Virus record (IMG/VR): IMGVR_UViG_3300023174_000057
Span: 64,001 to 128,000 of that record
Direction: 5' to 3' (one strand)
DNA length: 64,000 nt
From: a virus
Shown: positions 15,798 to 25,815 of the stretch, in pieces
Layout: each line of letters starts with the position of its first letter
Numbering within the stretch: position 1 is the stretch's first letter
Program-made: the position numbers and the translations under genes
The notes under the pieces: generated by a model
What the model was told of the DNA's origin: nothing
The model's database searches: none
Seen by the model: only the letters and a program-made list of their open reading frames with translations

Positions 15798-17935
15798 GCT
15801 CCCGCACGCCCGATGGCGGCTATATGCCCACGTTTGCGAGCAACTATATGCTCGACGGCTTCGATTTCTCCGAGGAGTACGGCGAGGGACCGCTGATGAA
15901 CCACAAGATCCCCACCACCTCTCGCACCACCGGGATAGCCGCGCCCCCGCGCTCTGAGAACGGGATGGCCAAGCTCCCCGATGGGATCGTCACCAACCCC
16001 CGTGCAGCGGCGGTGGGCGATGACCTCTTCATGGGCGTGGACGGGACCGACGTGGGCGACCTGTCGGGGATGGTGCGGGAGGCGGCACACCTCTCGGACC
16101 TGTCGTGGCTGGAGCTCGCGGAGCAGGACCCCGACCGTCTCCCCAAGCAACACAACGACAAGGCCCTCCAAGGTCTGGCCGAGGCGTGGGGGACGACCGA
16201 CCGCACGGACGGCGTGGAGATCATCCCGAACGTGGTGGTTCCTCCCCCGCCCCGGTCACAGGTGGCCCTCTTGCCCGGGGACGACACCATGCGTCAACTG
16301 GTGGCGAGCGCCATGCGGAAGTCAGCCTTCGGGGTTCCCTTCCAGAACATCGTGGCGGATCTTGGGGCTCACCTTGGTGTGGCCCTCGCCCGCGTCCACA
16401 CGGACCCCCGGCTCCAGAAGCTCGCGGCGTCCATCCGTTCCGTCAAGGCCGAGCACGGCATCGTCGGCACCGTGTACCTGCGGGACAGCGCGTTCCCGGG
16501 TCTTCTCACGGGCAAGTGGGACCGGGAGATCAAGAAGCGGTGCGCCAGCGCCAAGTACTGGCTGACCCGTCCGGGGTCGAAGTTGGCCGCGTACCAGAAC
16601 TACCTCGGCAAGCAGGTGGTGACGGAGATCCCGTGGGGGGAAGCCCTCTCCCACTACCGCCCGACGCTGGAAGCATCGGGCAAGCGCCTCGCGTCGGGAG
16701 ACCCCAAGACGGTGCTGGTCGCCGCGCTCCGGGCTGATGCCACCCGCGCCAACAGGGACACCCACCACACCTACCACCTCACCCCGGCGCAGCGGGTGTC
16801 TTCGGAACAGGCGTGGAAGGTGTTCGCAAGCGCCCCAGCTTCCGAGCGGGAGGTCGTTCAGAAGAACATCGTGCGGGTCACCCCCGAGCAAGCCCGCCAG
16901 CGGTTCGCTAGCTGGGTGAAGGCCGGGATGCTCTCCGAGGATATGGCGCGGAAGTTTCTGGCTTCCGACCTGTCCGTCGAGGACAAGCTGCGGAACGGCG
17001 CGGCCCTCGTTGCCCGTGCAACAAAATCGTCGAAGTACGACGGGCAGGGTGTCGGCGCGAAGACACCTGAGCGACGCACCCGTAACGCTGATTGGGCGAC
17101 CGAGGAGAGCGAGAAGGTTGTCCGGGCGACCGAGGATCGCGCCGCGAAGTCCGCGAAGGACAAGGTGGCCTCCGTGTTTCGCGCGTGGGTGAAGTCCGGG
17201 ACTCTCACTCAAGACCAATCCGACCAGATCCTCTCTCGCGCATCGGGAGAGAAAGCCATCCGTCTCGGTCAACTCGTCATCAACCGTGCAAAGAAAGTTG
17301 AGTACACGGGGCAGGGTTGGGGTCGAAGCGTCCACACGGGCGGACCGACCAAGAAACTCGCGAGCGCGAACGACCCGAAGGTCAATCAGGTGCTTCGGTA
17401 CGCCAGCGCGCAAATGAACGAGGGCGCGGCGGGCAACGACCTCGATGTCCTTCTCAACTCCCGGTTCTCGCAGGAGTACCTCAAGGGCGCGAGTGAGCAA
17501 CTCGTCCAGCTTCGCAAGAAGCACGAGGGGCTGGCGGGACACGTCTACATCGCGGCAGACGCCTATGCGACCCCCACGGGCACGACGGGCTGCGACAAGG
17601 GCGCGCTGATCCACCGGGCCAACCAAGTGAAGGCCGTCCTCCAGATGGAGCGGTGCGGTAGCTGTGCCCACAACACCAGCGGGCACTGCCAGAAGTACGC
17701 AAAGCAACTGGTGGCCCTCGCTCCGGTGGCGAACCCCGAGAAGTACCAGCGGGAGACCATCCGTCTCGCCAACTCGGACGACAGCGAGCGCACGGCGGCA
17801 ATGTTCAACGCCTACGACCCCGGCGAGTTCGACCTCCAGAACGACTCGCTCGACACCTTCGATTACGACAACCTCCCTGACAACAAAACCCTTCACGGGG
17901 TGCTGTTTGAGGGGATGACCCTTCCCGAGGAGTGA
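15794..17935 (+). CDS. Large hypothetical virion-module protein with internal duplication and C-terminal Cys cluster
   Basis: 713 aa; repeats FASWVKAG...YDGQG and FRAWVKSG...YTGQG; CGSCAHN...C. Confidence 0.75.
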   Translation: MSSRTPDGGYMPTFASNYMLDGFDFSEEYGEGPLMNHKIPTTSRTTGIAAPPRSENGMAKLPDGIVTNPRAAAVGDDLFMGVDGTDVGDLSGMVREAAHLSDLSWLELAEQDPDRLPKQHNDKALQGLAEAWGTTDRTDGVEIIPNVVVPPPPRSQVALLPGDDTMRQLVASAMRKSAFGVPFQNIVADLGAHLGVALARVHTDPRLQKLAASIRSVKAEHGIVGTVYLRDSAFPGLLTGKWDREIKKRCASAKYWLTRPGSKLAAYQNYLGKQVVTEIPWGEALSHYRPTLEASGKRLASGDPKTVLVAALRADATRANRDTHHTYHLTPAQRVSSEQAWKVFASAPASEREVVQKNIVRVTPEQARQRFASWVKAGMLSEDMARKFLASDLSVEDKLRNGAALVARATKSSKYDGQGVGAKTPERRTRNADWATEESEKVVRATEDRAAKSAKDKVASVFRAWVKSGTLTQDQSDQILSRASGEKAIRLGQLVINRAKKVEYTGQGWGRSVHTGGPTKKLASANDPKVNQVLRYASAQMNEGAAGNDLDVLLNSRFSQEYLKGASEQLVQLRKKHEGLAGHVYIAADAYATPTGTTGCDKGALIHRANQVKAVLQMERCGSCAHNTSGHCQKYAKQLVALAPVANPEKYQRETIRLANSDDSERTAAMFNAYDPGEFDLQNDSLDTFDYDNLPDNKTLHGVLFEGMTLPEE

Positions 17936-17939
17936 GACT

Positions 17940-18569
17940 ATGCGCGTTGCCGCCCCGCCCAAGTTCAAGGTGCTCGTCGCGAACCTCGCTGGGAGTTCCG
18001 ACCCTGCCCGCAACACGGGGGGCAACCCCGTGAAGCTCCGCACGGGCTTCACCCTCCAGATGCTCCACACTCCCAGCGGTGTGGTCCGCACCAATGGGCC
18101 GACGCAGCAGCCCCCTCCCGTCAGCGCGGGGGCGAACATGGCGCGGATCGTGGTGACCTCTGCCCGGTACTGGGACCCTACGGTCGCCGCCCCCGGCCCG
18201 TTCTACTACCAAGAAGAGCTCCGCGCTTTCGATCAGTACCCGCAAGCGGCGACGGACTTCGGCGTGGGCGAGGGCAGCAACACGGGTCCCGTGAACACCA
18301 TCGCCAGCGAGATCGCAAGCTGGTTCAACGCCTCCGTCGCGGGGGTGAGCGCGACTTCGGTCGGCGCGACGGTTTACATGACCACCAACCGGGTAGATGC
18401 CCTGTTCCCGGTGCAAGCCACGAACGATATGTCGGCGCTGCTGGGCGGGCTGATCTTCACCCTGCAAGACGGGGCGGGGAACCCTCTCAATGTGGCGGGG
18501 CAGCGGCGTCGGTCGTTCTACCTCCCCAAGACCGTGAAGAGCCAGAGCGCCCCGGTGATCCTCCCTTGA
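17940..18569 (+). CDS. Putative structural protein
   Basis: ORF, composition and operon context. Confidence 0.65.
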   Translation: MRVAAPPKFKVLVANLAGSSDPARNTGGNPVKLRTGFTLQMLHTPSGVVRTNGPTQQPPPVSAGANMARIVVTSARYWDPTVAAPGPFYYQEELRAFDQYPQAATDFGVGEGSNTGPVNTIASEIASWFNASVAGVSATSVGATVYMTTNRVDALFPVQATNDMSALLGGLIFTLQDGAGNPLNVAGQRRRSFYLPKTVKSQSAPVILP

Positions 18570-18589
18570 GGGCGCGGTAGGATAGGGAC

Positions 18590-19351
18590 ATGGCCAATCC
18601 CGTAGACGAAATTCTTGACGAAGAGATCCCGACCACCGTAGTCAAGCGGGACTATCTCACCAAGGTCTCGCCCTACGTCACCGTGGACGAGCACGGCATT
18701 CGGCGCTTCCAGAGCTACGTCATCCCTCACGAGGCCAACCGGGTCAAAGTGGTGGACGACAAGGGCCAGACGAAGCTCCGCAAGATCGAGGACATCCAGC
18801 GCGGGGACACCATTGCTCTCAACGAGAGCGGGCTCCCGGTCTTCGTGGAGGGTCGCATTGGCAAGCCCCCCAAGAAGTTGGACGAGGCCCTCCCCCCGGC
18901 GACCCCGCTGATCGGTGACCTGATCCGCATCAAGACCGGGCACCTCCGCAACGACCCCATCCTCCAAGCCGCTGAGTCCGCGCCCGAGTCCGCCGAGGTG
19001 CTGAACCAAGTGGTGCTGGCCATCGGTGAAGAGGCGGCGTCACTACGGTTTGAAAGGATGGAGGCCGAGCGCAAGGGCGAGGACACGTCTCAGTTGTCCA
19101 TGCGCCGGGTCGCGGCCCTCAAGGCCATCGGTGACACTTGGATCAAGCGCAAGGAGCAGATCCAGAGCCGGGTGATCGACCTTGAGTCACCCGCCTTTCA
19201 AGCTCTGTTTCAGTTCATCTCCGAGACGTTCGTCCGCGCGATGCAGAGCGCCAACGTCCGACAAGAACTCGCGGACAGCGTTCTGGCCCAGTTCGTCAAA
19301 CTCCTTGACGATGCGTGGAAGAACGAAGCCAAGTCGCGCATGAAGGAGTGA
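18590..19351 (+). CDS. Hypothetical protein, candidate terminase small subunit
   Basis: Helical protein immediately upstream of terL; positional inference only. Confidence 0.45.
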   Translation: MANPVDEILDEEIPTTVVKRDYLTKVSPYVTVDEHGIRRFQSYVIPHEANRVKVVDDKGQTKLRKIEDIQRGDTIALNESGLPVFVEGRIGKPPKKLDEALPPATPLIGDLIRIKTGHLRNDPILQAAESAPESAEVLNQVVLAIGEEAASLRFERMEAERKGEDTSQLSMRRVAALKAIGDTWIKRKEQIQSRVIDLESPAFQALFQFISETFVRAMQSANVRQELADSVLAQFVKLLDDAWKNEAKSRMKE

Positions 19352-19361
19352 GGGCACTCCC

Positions 19362-22300
19362 ATGACTCTCGGCAACCTCGTCCTCTCTGGTGCCCGCGCC
19401 GTCGCCCCCGTGGGCAAAGTCCCGATCACGGCGAACATCATCGAGTTCGTCGAGGAGCCGTGGGGGCTGGGGATGCAGTTGTTCCCGATCCAGAAGATCA
19501 TCCTCAAAGCTCACTACGGCCTCCCGCTGGACGACACGCAGACCTTCACGGTGACTGATTGGCGGCGGCAGAACGCTCGCCAGATGACCGAGAAGGAGTA
19601 CCTCGCCTACCTGTACAGCGAGGGACGGTCGAACATCAAAGAGGTGGTGCCGGGGCACGAGCGCCGGGAGATGATTCTTTCCATCGGTCGCCGCAGCGGA
19701 AAGTGCGTGACGGGGGACACCCTCGTCCTCACCGACCGAGGCATTTACCCCATTGTAGAACTGGGCGACCCCAACGGTCCCGAGGTGCAGCCCCTCGCGG
19801 TGAGGGTGGCTCAAGAGGGCGGGGCGTCATCCACCTCTCGGTACTTCTACAACGGGGGCACGAAGCCCACCTACCGGATCACGTCTCACACGGGCGTGTC
19901 CGTGGAGGGTACGGGCAACCACCGGGTGAGGGTGCTGACTCCCGAGGGGGTCATTGACTGGAAGCACTTGGCGGACATCTGTCCGGGTGACGTTCTGGCA
20001 GTCCACCGTTCTACGAACCTCTGGGCTTCCGACCTCGTGGACGTGCGGGCACACCACGTCCGCGCTGTGCGCCGAGGGGCTGTTGTTCAGCCCGACACGT
20101 TCGACGAGCAGTGGGGACTTCTCATGGGCTACTTGGTGGGGGACGGCTCGTGGACCAACCGCACGTCCCTCGCCATTACCGTCGAGCACCCCGAGACCCG
20201 CACCGAGGTCGAGTCCCTCTTTACCGAACTCTGCGGGAAGTGCTCGTTCACGCACGACAAGCGCACGGCCCGCACGGGTGCCGTGAGGGTGTCTGACAAA
20301 GCCCTTCGGGAGTTCATGCACCGTCTGGGTTTCGACTGGGGCTGCGGGTCCCACACCAAGAGAACTCCGTGGGTGGTGCTGCGCTCCCCACGTCCCGTCG
20401 TTCGTGCCTACCTCCAAGGGCTCTTTGAGACGGATGGCACGGTCACGTCGGGCGGGATGTCGGTCTCGTTCTGTTCCGCCTCCCGTGATCTCGCCCGCGA
20501 GACACAGGTGCTCCTGCTCAACTTCGGGGTGGTGTCCCGCCTGCGGGTGAAGCACAACCGCAAGCTGAACCGGGACTACTACGAGGTCACGATCCGAGGG
20601 CTGCGGTCTCGACGCACCTTCGCCCGCGAGATTGGGTTCCGTTCCCGCAAGAAGCAGGAGCCCTTGGAAGCCGGGTTGGTGGCTCCCGTCCGTGAGGGCG
20701 GTGATACCGAGTCCGTGCCGCACCAGACGGGGTGGGTCGCACGACTGTTGGCGTCCATTCCCAAGGCGTTCCCCGGCAAGGGTTGGCAGCGCAGCACTCT
20801 CCGGGCGATTCTCGGCAATGTATGCAAGCCGGGAAGCCGTGAGGACCTCACATACAGCCGCATCCGTGCGTTCATCCCTGTCGCGGAGGGTTTAGGCGCG
20901 GATTCCGTGGTACTGGACCACTTCCGCGAACTGTTGCGGACGGACTACTTCTTTGACCCCGTGGTGTCCGTCACGCCCGGTGAGGCACGGGTCTACGACC
21001 TCAACGTGCCCGAGGGTGAGAGCTTCGTTGCCAACGGGCTGACCAACCACAACACGACCCTGTCAGCGTGCATTGCCGCGTTTGAGGCATACAAGCTCAT
21101 TTCCAAGGGCGACCCGCAAGCGTACTACGGGCTCCCTCAGAGCAACATGATCCAACTGATCTCGGTCGCCACCGACAAAGATCAAGCGGGTCTGCTCTAC
21201 CAAGAGGTGTCCGGGCACTTCCGTAACTGCGCGTTCTTCGGCCCGTACACCGCGAACAACACGATGAGCTATGCGCGGTTCCAGACGCCCAAGGACGTGG
21301 AGCGGTACGGGGCCTACTCGGACGACCCCAGTGCGAAGGCCACTATCAAGGTCACCTTCCGTAGCTGTGTGGCGAAGGGGCTTCGTGGCGCGGGCAACAT
21401 CGTGGTCATTCTCGACGAGGTGGCGCACTTCACCGACGCGGGGCAGTCTTCCGCCGACGCGGTGTACAACGCCGTCGTCCCCAGCACGTCCGCGTACTCA
21501 CCAAAAGACCCCCTTGATCGTCGCAAGCCCATCGGACAGGTAGAGGGCCGGATCATCTTGATCTCCAGCCCCCTTGGCCGTCAGGGGTTGTTCTACAAGA
21601 TGTTCCAGATCGGCATGGGCGGCGGCATGGCGGCGAGCAATATGCTGTGCATCCAAGCGCCGACGTGGGAGGTGAACCCCACGGTCCCCGCCCACGAGTT
21701 TGAGAAGCACTACCTCAAGGACCAAGCGGTCTTCTTCACGGAGTACGGCGGGGAGTTCAGCGACCGCACCCGTGGGTGGATCGAGCGCGGCGAGGACCTC
21801 GTGGCGTGCGTCAATAAAGACGCTCGACCCCAGCAGCGTGGCATCCCTCGCACCCCGTATTTTCTGGGGCTCGACCTTGGGTTGGTGGGTGACGGCACGG
21901 CAGTGTCCATCGGGCATCTCGATCCCGAGGGGCACATCGTGGTGGACCTCGTGGACCAGATCAAAGCGGGCGTGGGGAAGTACCACACCAAAGAGCGCCT
22001 CGACTTCGACGACGTGGCCGATTGGATTCTGGATCTGTCCAAGCGGTTCTACATACAGGAGGGGATGTTCGACCAGTGGGCGGGCATCCCGCTGGAGCAA
22101 GCCCTCTCCAAGCGCGGGCTGGGCCAGATGAAGGCCCAGCAGATGACGAAACAACTCACGTCCCAGATGTTTCAGAACTTCAAGGACATGATGTGGGACA
22201 AGAAGCTCGTCCTGTACGACCACCCCATCGCGCAGAACGAAACCCACTGCCCGTACATCGCGGAGCTCCTTGAGCTACAGGCCCAGTACCACAGCAAGTT

Positions 22301-22559
22301 CGTGACGACCGTCGAAGCGCCCAACATCGACGGGAAGCACGATGACATGAGCGACGCTCTCGTCCGCATGGTGTGGCTGGCATCGAACCGTCTCTCCAAG
22401 AGCGCCCACCTCTCCGGGGCACAGCGCCAGCACGGCCCGGTAATCCCCGGATACGCCCGCATGGCTATGCGCGCAAAGCTGCTCCAGAGTGGGTCTCACG
22501 AGTCCCGACAGGTCCCTCGCCACGGCGCAGGAGGGGTGAAGCGATGGGTGTCCCGGTGA
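19362..22559 (+). CDS. terL: Terminase large subunit with intein
   Basis: LFPIQKIIL; Walker A GRRSGK|TT after splicing; Walker B VVILDEVAH; ISSP coupling motif; nuclease LGLDLG...HDDMSDA. Confidence 0.92.
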   Translation: MTLGNLVLSGARAVAPVGKVPITANIIEFVEEPWGLGMQLFPIQKIILKAHYGLPLDDTQTFTVTDWRRQNARQMTEKEYLAYLYSEGRSNIKEVVPGHERREMILSIGRRSGKCVTGDTLVLTDRGIYPIVELGDPNGPEVQPLAVRVAQEGGASSTSRYFYNGGTKPTYRITSHTGVSVEGTGNHRVRVLTPEGVIDWKHLADICPGDVLAVHRSTNLWASDLVDVRAHHVRAVRRGAVVQPDTFDEQWGLLMGYLVGDGSWTNRTSLAITVEHPETRTEVESLFTELCGKCSFTHDKRTARTGAVRVSDKALREFMHRLGFDWGCGSHTKRTPWVVLRSPRPVVRAYLQGLFETDGTVTSGGMSVSFCSASRDLARETQVLLLNFGVVSRLRVKHNRKLNRDYYEVTIRGLRSRRTFAREIGFRSRKKQEPLEAGLVAPVREGGDTESVPHQTGWVARLLASIPKAFPGKGWQRSTLRAILGNVCKPGSREDLTYSRIRAFIPVAEGLGADSVVLDHFRELLRTDYFFDPVVSVTPGEARVYDLNVPEGESFVANGLTNHNTTLSACIAAFEAYKLISKGDPQAYYGLPQSNMIQLISVATDKDQAGLLYQEVSGHFRNCAFFGPYTANNTMSYARFQTPKDVERYGAYSDDPSAKATIKVTFRSCVAKGLRGAGNIVVILDEVAHFTDAGQSSADAVYNAVVPSTSAYSPKDPLDRRKPIGQVEGRIILISSPLGRQGLFYKMFQIGMGGGMAASNMLCIQAPTWEVNPTVPAHEFEKHYLKDQAVFFTEYGGEFSDRTRGWIERGEDLVACVNKDARPQQRGIPRTPYFLGLDLGLVGDGTAVSIGHLDPEGHIVVDLVDQIKAGVGKYHTKERLDFDDVADWILDLSKRFYIQEGMFDQWAGIPLEQALSKRGLGQMKAQQMTKQLTSQMFQNFKDMMWDKKLVLYDHPIAQNETHCPYIAELLELQAQYHSKFVTTVEAPNIDGKHDDMSDALVRMVWLASNRLSKSAHLSGAQRQHGPVIPGYARMAMRAKLLQSGSHESRQVPRHGAGGVKRWVSR
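19704..21053 (+). mobile_element. Intein (450 aa) with LAGLIDADG endonuclease inserted in terminase Walker A
   Basis: CVTGDTLVLT...GTGNH...MGYLVGDG...LQGLFETDG...VYDLNVPEGESFVANGLTNHN|T. Confidence 0.93.
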
Positions 22560-22816
22560 AGACCGCCAAGCTCGACCCGCTGAAGCCCAGCCGTGCCGAC
22601 TACCGACTGATCCACAAGCTGCTGGACAGTTCCTACTCAGGCAAGGTGCTCCACACCGAGGACACCTACAAGCTCATCGTGCGGGTGTTCCAGCGGGCAG
22701 GGGGCTCGTGGGAGAAGCTATTTCTGGGCTCCCCCTCTCACGTCTCCCTCCTCAAGACGGTGATCAAGGTAGCGTACAAGAATGACTACCTCACCAAGGC
22801 CCCGCAGTGGAGGTGA
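22544..22816 (+). CDS. Hypothetical protein
   Basis: GAGG SD; ORF between terL and portal. Confidence 0.6.
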   Translation: MGVPVKTAKLDPLKPSRADYRLIHKLLDSSYSGKVLHTEDTYKLIVRVFQRAGGSWEKLFLGSPSHVSLLKTVIKVAYKNDYLTKAPQWR

Positions 22817-22819
22817 CCG

Positions 22820-23131
22820 TTGAGCCGCCTCCGCGCCACCCTGTCCACCGATCCGCTCGACAAGGCCCTCACCGCCAAGATGGACGAGGCGCATCGGGCT
22901 CTGGTGGCTGCGCTGAGGCTGTGTGATGACTCCCAGAAGACCGACGTTGTGACCCGTCGCCGGGTGGCTCACACTCGCCGGGACATCCAACGGGCTCTGG
23001 GAGCCATCACGGGCATCCGTCGTGTCGCTCGCCTCTACGACGTGGCTGATTCCGATCTGTCTGACACCCCCGCCCCCCGCCGGGAGAAACCCGCACCGCC
23101 TCCCGAGGTTGTTGTGGAGCAGGGAGAGTGA
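22820..23131 (+). CDS. Hypothetical protein
   Basis: GGAGG SD before TTG. Confidence 0.55.
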   Translation: MSRLRATLSTDPLDKALTAKMDEAHRALVAALRLCDDSQKTDVVTRRRVAHTRRDIQRALGAITGIRRVARLYDVADSDLSDTPAPRREKPAPPPEVVVEQGE

Positions 23132-23137
23132 TGACCA

Positions 23138-24823
23138 ATGCCGAAGAACGACGACGCCATTGAGGTCAAGCGGGTCGCGCCCAAGGAAAAGGGCGCGAAG
23201 GTGGGCAAGCCCGGGAAAGTCATCGCGTCGGCCATGAGGTCGAAGGTGGCGTTCCCCTCTACGGGCGGCACGATGGGGGGCACGGGCGGCAACTTCTACT
23301 CGCCCGAGCTCTCGACGGACTTCCTTGAGCTCCCGCAGAGCCTCGACGAGAAGCGCAACTACTTTCGGTTCTTCTACCAGAACGATCCCTTCGTCGGTCA
23401 GGCTATCGACCTTCACACCATCCTCCCGCTGTCAAAGACCCGGCTGACCACGCCGAAGGCGCGAGACCCCGAGCTCGCCAAGCGGTCGCTGGACTTCTGC
23501 ACCCGGTGGTCGCGCGAGATCGGGCTCCTTCACCGTCTTCTCGAAATGGTCCACGAGTACAACCTCCTGGGTGAAGTCTTTGTCTTCGCAGAAGACAACT
23601 CGCCGGATATGCCCGACGAGATCACCCAAGAGGTGATCCGCGAGCTCGACGACAAAGGCCAACCCGTCGAGCGCACGGTGCGCCGGGAGGACGCCGACGT
23701 TCGCGCCGAGAAATGGCTCAAGCGCAACTACAGAGGTTGGACGGCGATCCGTGTGCTCCCGCCCGAGCAGGTCCATATGGAGAGCTTCCCGTTCACCGAC
23801 GAGAAGATGGTCGAGCTCATCCCGGACAGCAAGACCAAGGACGTGGTCAACCGCGCCGACATGGGCGACGAGTCCGCCATGCGGATCGTCAAGTCCATGC
23901 CCGAGGGTGTGGTCAACGCCATCCGAGAAGGCACGAACATCCCGTTGAACACGGACCCCGACGCCGGGTCGTTCGTCCACTACATGGCCCAGAAGAAGTC
24001 GCAGTACGAGCCTCGCGGGCACTCGATTCTGCAAAGGTGCCTCCGCACCCTCGTGTACCGGGACAAGCTGCGTCAAGCGCAGACCAGCATCGCGTCGCGG
24101 CACATGACCCCGATTCGGGTGATCTCGGCGGCGGATATGTCTGCGACGGACACGGACGCCCTCCGCGACCAAGTGGATCTCGCCCTCCAAGATCCCGACT
24201 ACTCGATCATCACCAACTTTGAGATCAACTGGAACGAGATGGGCTCGCAGGGGCGCTTGCTGGAGCTCTCCAGCGAGTACGACATGACCGACCGCCAGAT
24301 GTACGCGGGGTTGGGAGTAACAGAGTCCCTCCTGTCGGGTGAGAGCTCTTACAGTGGCGACCGCATCAACCTAGAGGTCATCAACACCCGGTATATGCTC
24401 CTGCGAGAAGTCTTGCAGGACATGGTCGAGGACAAGATGCTTCGCCCGATGTGCCGCCGCATGGGGTTCATCGAGACCGACGAAGACGGTAACGAGACGG
24501 TCATCTGCCCTTCCCTGTCGTTCACGCGTCTGGCACTGCGAGACAACGCGGACACGTTCGACGCCCTGTTCAACCTCTACCAGAAGGGCTCGCTCGACGT
24601 GGACGTGATCTTGGAGCTCCTCAACATCGACCCGCACACGACGCGAGAGAAGCTCAAGCGCGACGTGCTCACGTTCAACGACAGCAAGTTCAACGACGTG
24701 CTGGGCGGGCTGTACGGGGAGGTGGGCCGCGCCCTCGCGGAGAACAGCGACGCTGCCGAGCGGATCGCGGCGGTGCTGGGTCTCAAGTACGCGAAGCCCC
24801 AGACCGAGGAGGGTCGTTTCTAG
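23138..24823 (+). CDS. Portal protein
   Basis: 561 aa after terL; RFFYQNDPFVGQAIDLH, EYNLLGEVFVF, YEPRGHSILQRCLR, AGLGVTESLLSGE patterns. Confidence 0.8.
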   Translation: MPKNDDAIEVKRVAPKEKGAKVGKPGKVIASAMRSKVAFPSTGGTMGGTGGNFYSPELSTDFLELPQSLDEKRNYFRFFYQNDPFVGQAIDLHTILPLSKTRLTTPKARDPELAKRSLDFCTRWSREIGLLHRLLEMVHEYNLLGEVFVFAEDNSPDMPDEITQEVIRELDDKGQPVERTVRREDADVRAEKWLKRNYRGWTAIRVLPPEQVHMESFPFTDEKMVELIPDSKTKDVVNRADMGDESAMRIVKSMPEGVVNAIREGTNIPLNTDPDAGSFVHYMAQKKSQYEPRGHSILQRCLRTLVYRDKLRQAQTSIASRHMTPIRVISAADMSATDTDALRDQVDLALQDPDYSIITNFEINWNEMGSQGRLLELSSEYDMTDRQMYAGLGVTESLLSGESSYSGDRINLEVINTRYMLLREVLQDMVEDKMLRPMCRRMGFIETDEDGNETVICPSLSFTRLALRDNADTFDALFNLYQKGSLDVDVILELLNIDPHTTREKLKRDVLTFNDSKFNDVLGGLYGEVGRALAENSDAAERIAAVLGLKYAKPQTEEGRF

Positions 24824-24842
24824 CCCTATCCCCCGGCGGTAG

Positions 24843-25271
24843 GTGGAGCACTCCACCATGAACCGCCGTCGCGCCGACGAGAAGCCCTCCCTCCTCCCGA
24901 TCATGCACCCCCTCTTCAACATGAGGGAGGTGTGCAAGCAGACCGCCCTGTTGGAGGATCACCTCAACAACGAGCGGAAGCGGTGCATGGACTGCATCCG
25001 CAAGCACTTCCTGACCATCGAGGCCCTGCTGGAGGAGGCTGTCAGCCTCGACAACAAGGCCAAGTGGGCCGACCTACTGGACGGCAAGGTGGAGCTCGTG
25101 CGGGAGTGCCAAGAGCGGTGGGTTGACGGTGAGGAGCCCTGTGACATCGCCCAAGATCTCCGGGCGATCCGCAAGGAGCTCACCCCCAAGTGCTTCGACC
25201 TCCGTGAGATGACGCAGGAGTCCCGCCTCGCGAGCCGTGTGGCTTCTCGGTTCCTCCGTAGGGTGGCCTGA
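24843..25271 (+). CDS. Hypothetical protein with C-terminal RVASRFL tag
   Basis: LLEDHL...RCMDCIRKH; start GTG 24843 or ATG 24858. Confidence 0.7.
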   Translation: MEHSTMNRRRADEKPSLLPIMHPLFNMREVCKQTALLEDHLNNERKRCMDCIRKHFLTIEALLEEAVSLDNKAKWADLLDGKVELVRECQERWVDGEEPCDIAQDLRAIRKELTPKCFDLREMTQESRLASRVASRFLRRVA

Positions 25272-25272
25272 G

Positions 25273-25815
25273 ATGATCACCAAGCTCGCGATCTACGACT
25301 TCGACGGGACGCTGTTCCGCAGTCCCGAGAAGCCCGATGGTTGGACCGCCGGGTGGTGGGGTAACCTCGCGTCCCTCACGCCGCCCATCGTGCCTGAGAC
25401 CCCCGGCGCGGATTGGTGGAACGGGAGCGTGGTCCAGCGGGCGAAGAGGGACATCAGTGACGGGGACACCATCGCGGTGCTGGTCACCGGGAGGCTCGCC
25501 AAGAAGTTCACCGCTCGCGTGAAGGACTTGCTGGCCCACGCGGGTCTGAAGTTCAACCACGTCTACCTCGCCAGCGGTGGTGACACCGAGTCCTACAAGC
25601 TCCGGGTGATCGGTGACCTCCTCAAGGAGTACCCGACGATCACGGGCGTGGACATCTGGGAGGACCGTGCCCCTCACCTCCAGAAGTTTGCGGACTTCGT
25701 GGAGTCGCAGGGCAAGGCAGCGTTCCCGCACCTCATCACGGTGACCCCCCATGAGCCCGAAGGGCTTCCGAGCCCCGAAAAGGTCGCGAGTCGGTACCTG
25801 ACCCGGAGGCAGTGA
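25273..25815 (+). CDS. HAD-superfamily phosphatase (Swiss-Army-Knife RNA-repair-like) with C-terminal KVASRYL tag
   Basis: IYDFDGTLFRSP motif I, LVTGR motif II, K, IWEDR motif IV. Confidence 0.8.
   Translation: MITKLAIYDFDGTLFRSPEKPDGWTAGWWGNLASLTPPIVPETPGADWWNGSVVQRAKRDISDGDTIAVLVTGRLAKKFTARVKDLLAHAGLKFNHVYLASGGDTESYKLRVIGDLLKEYPTITGVDIWEDRAPHLQKFADFVESQGKAAFPHLITVTPHEPEGLPSPEKVASRYLTRRQ

Noticed and set aside
16322-18139. Long minus-strand ORFs (also 30593-32041, 32242-33990, 37726-39663, 46452-48956, 62245-63699)
   Set aside because: Antisense shadows of high-GC plus-strand genes, with no motifs or start signals of their own.
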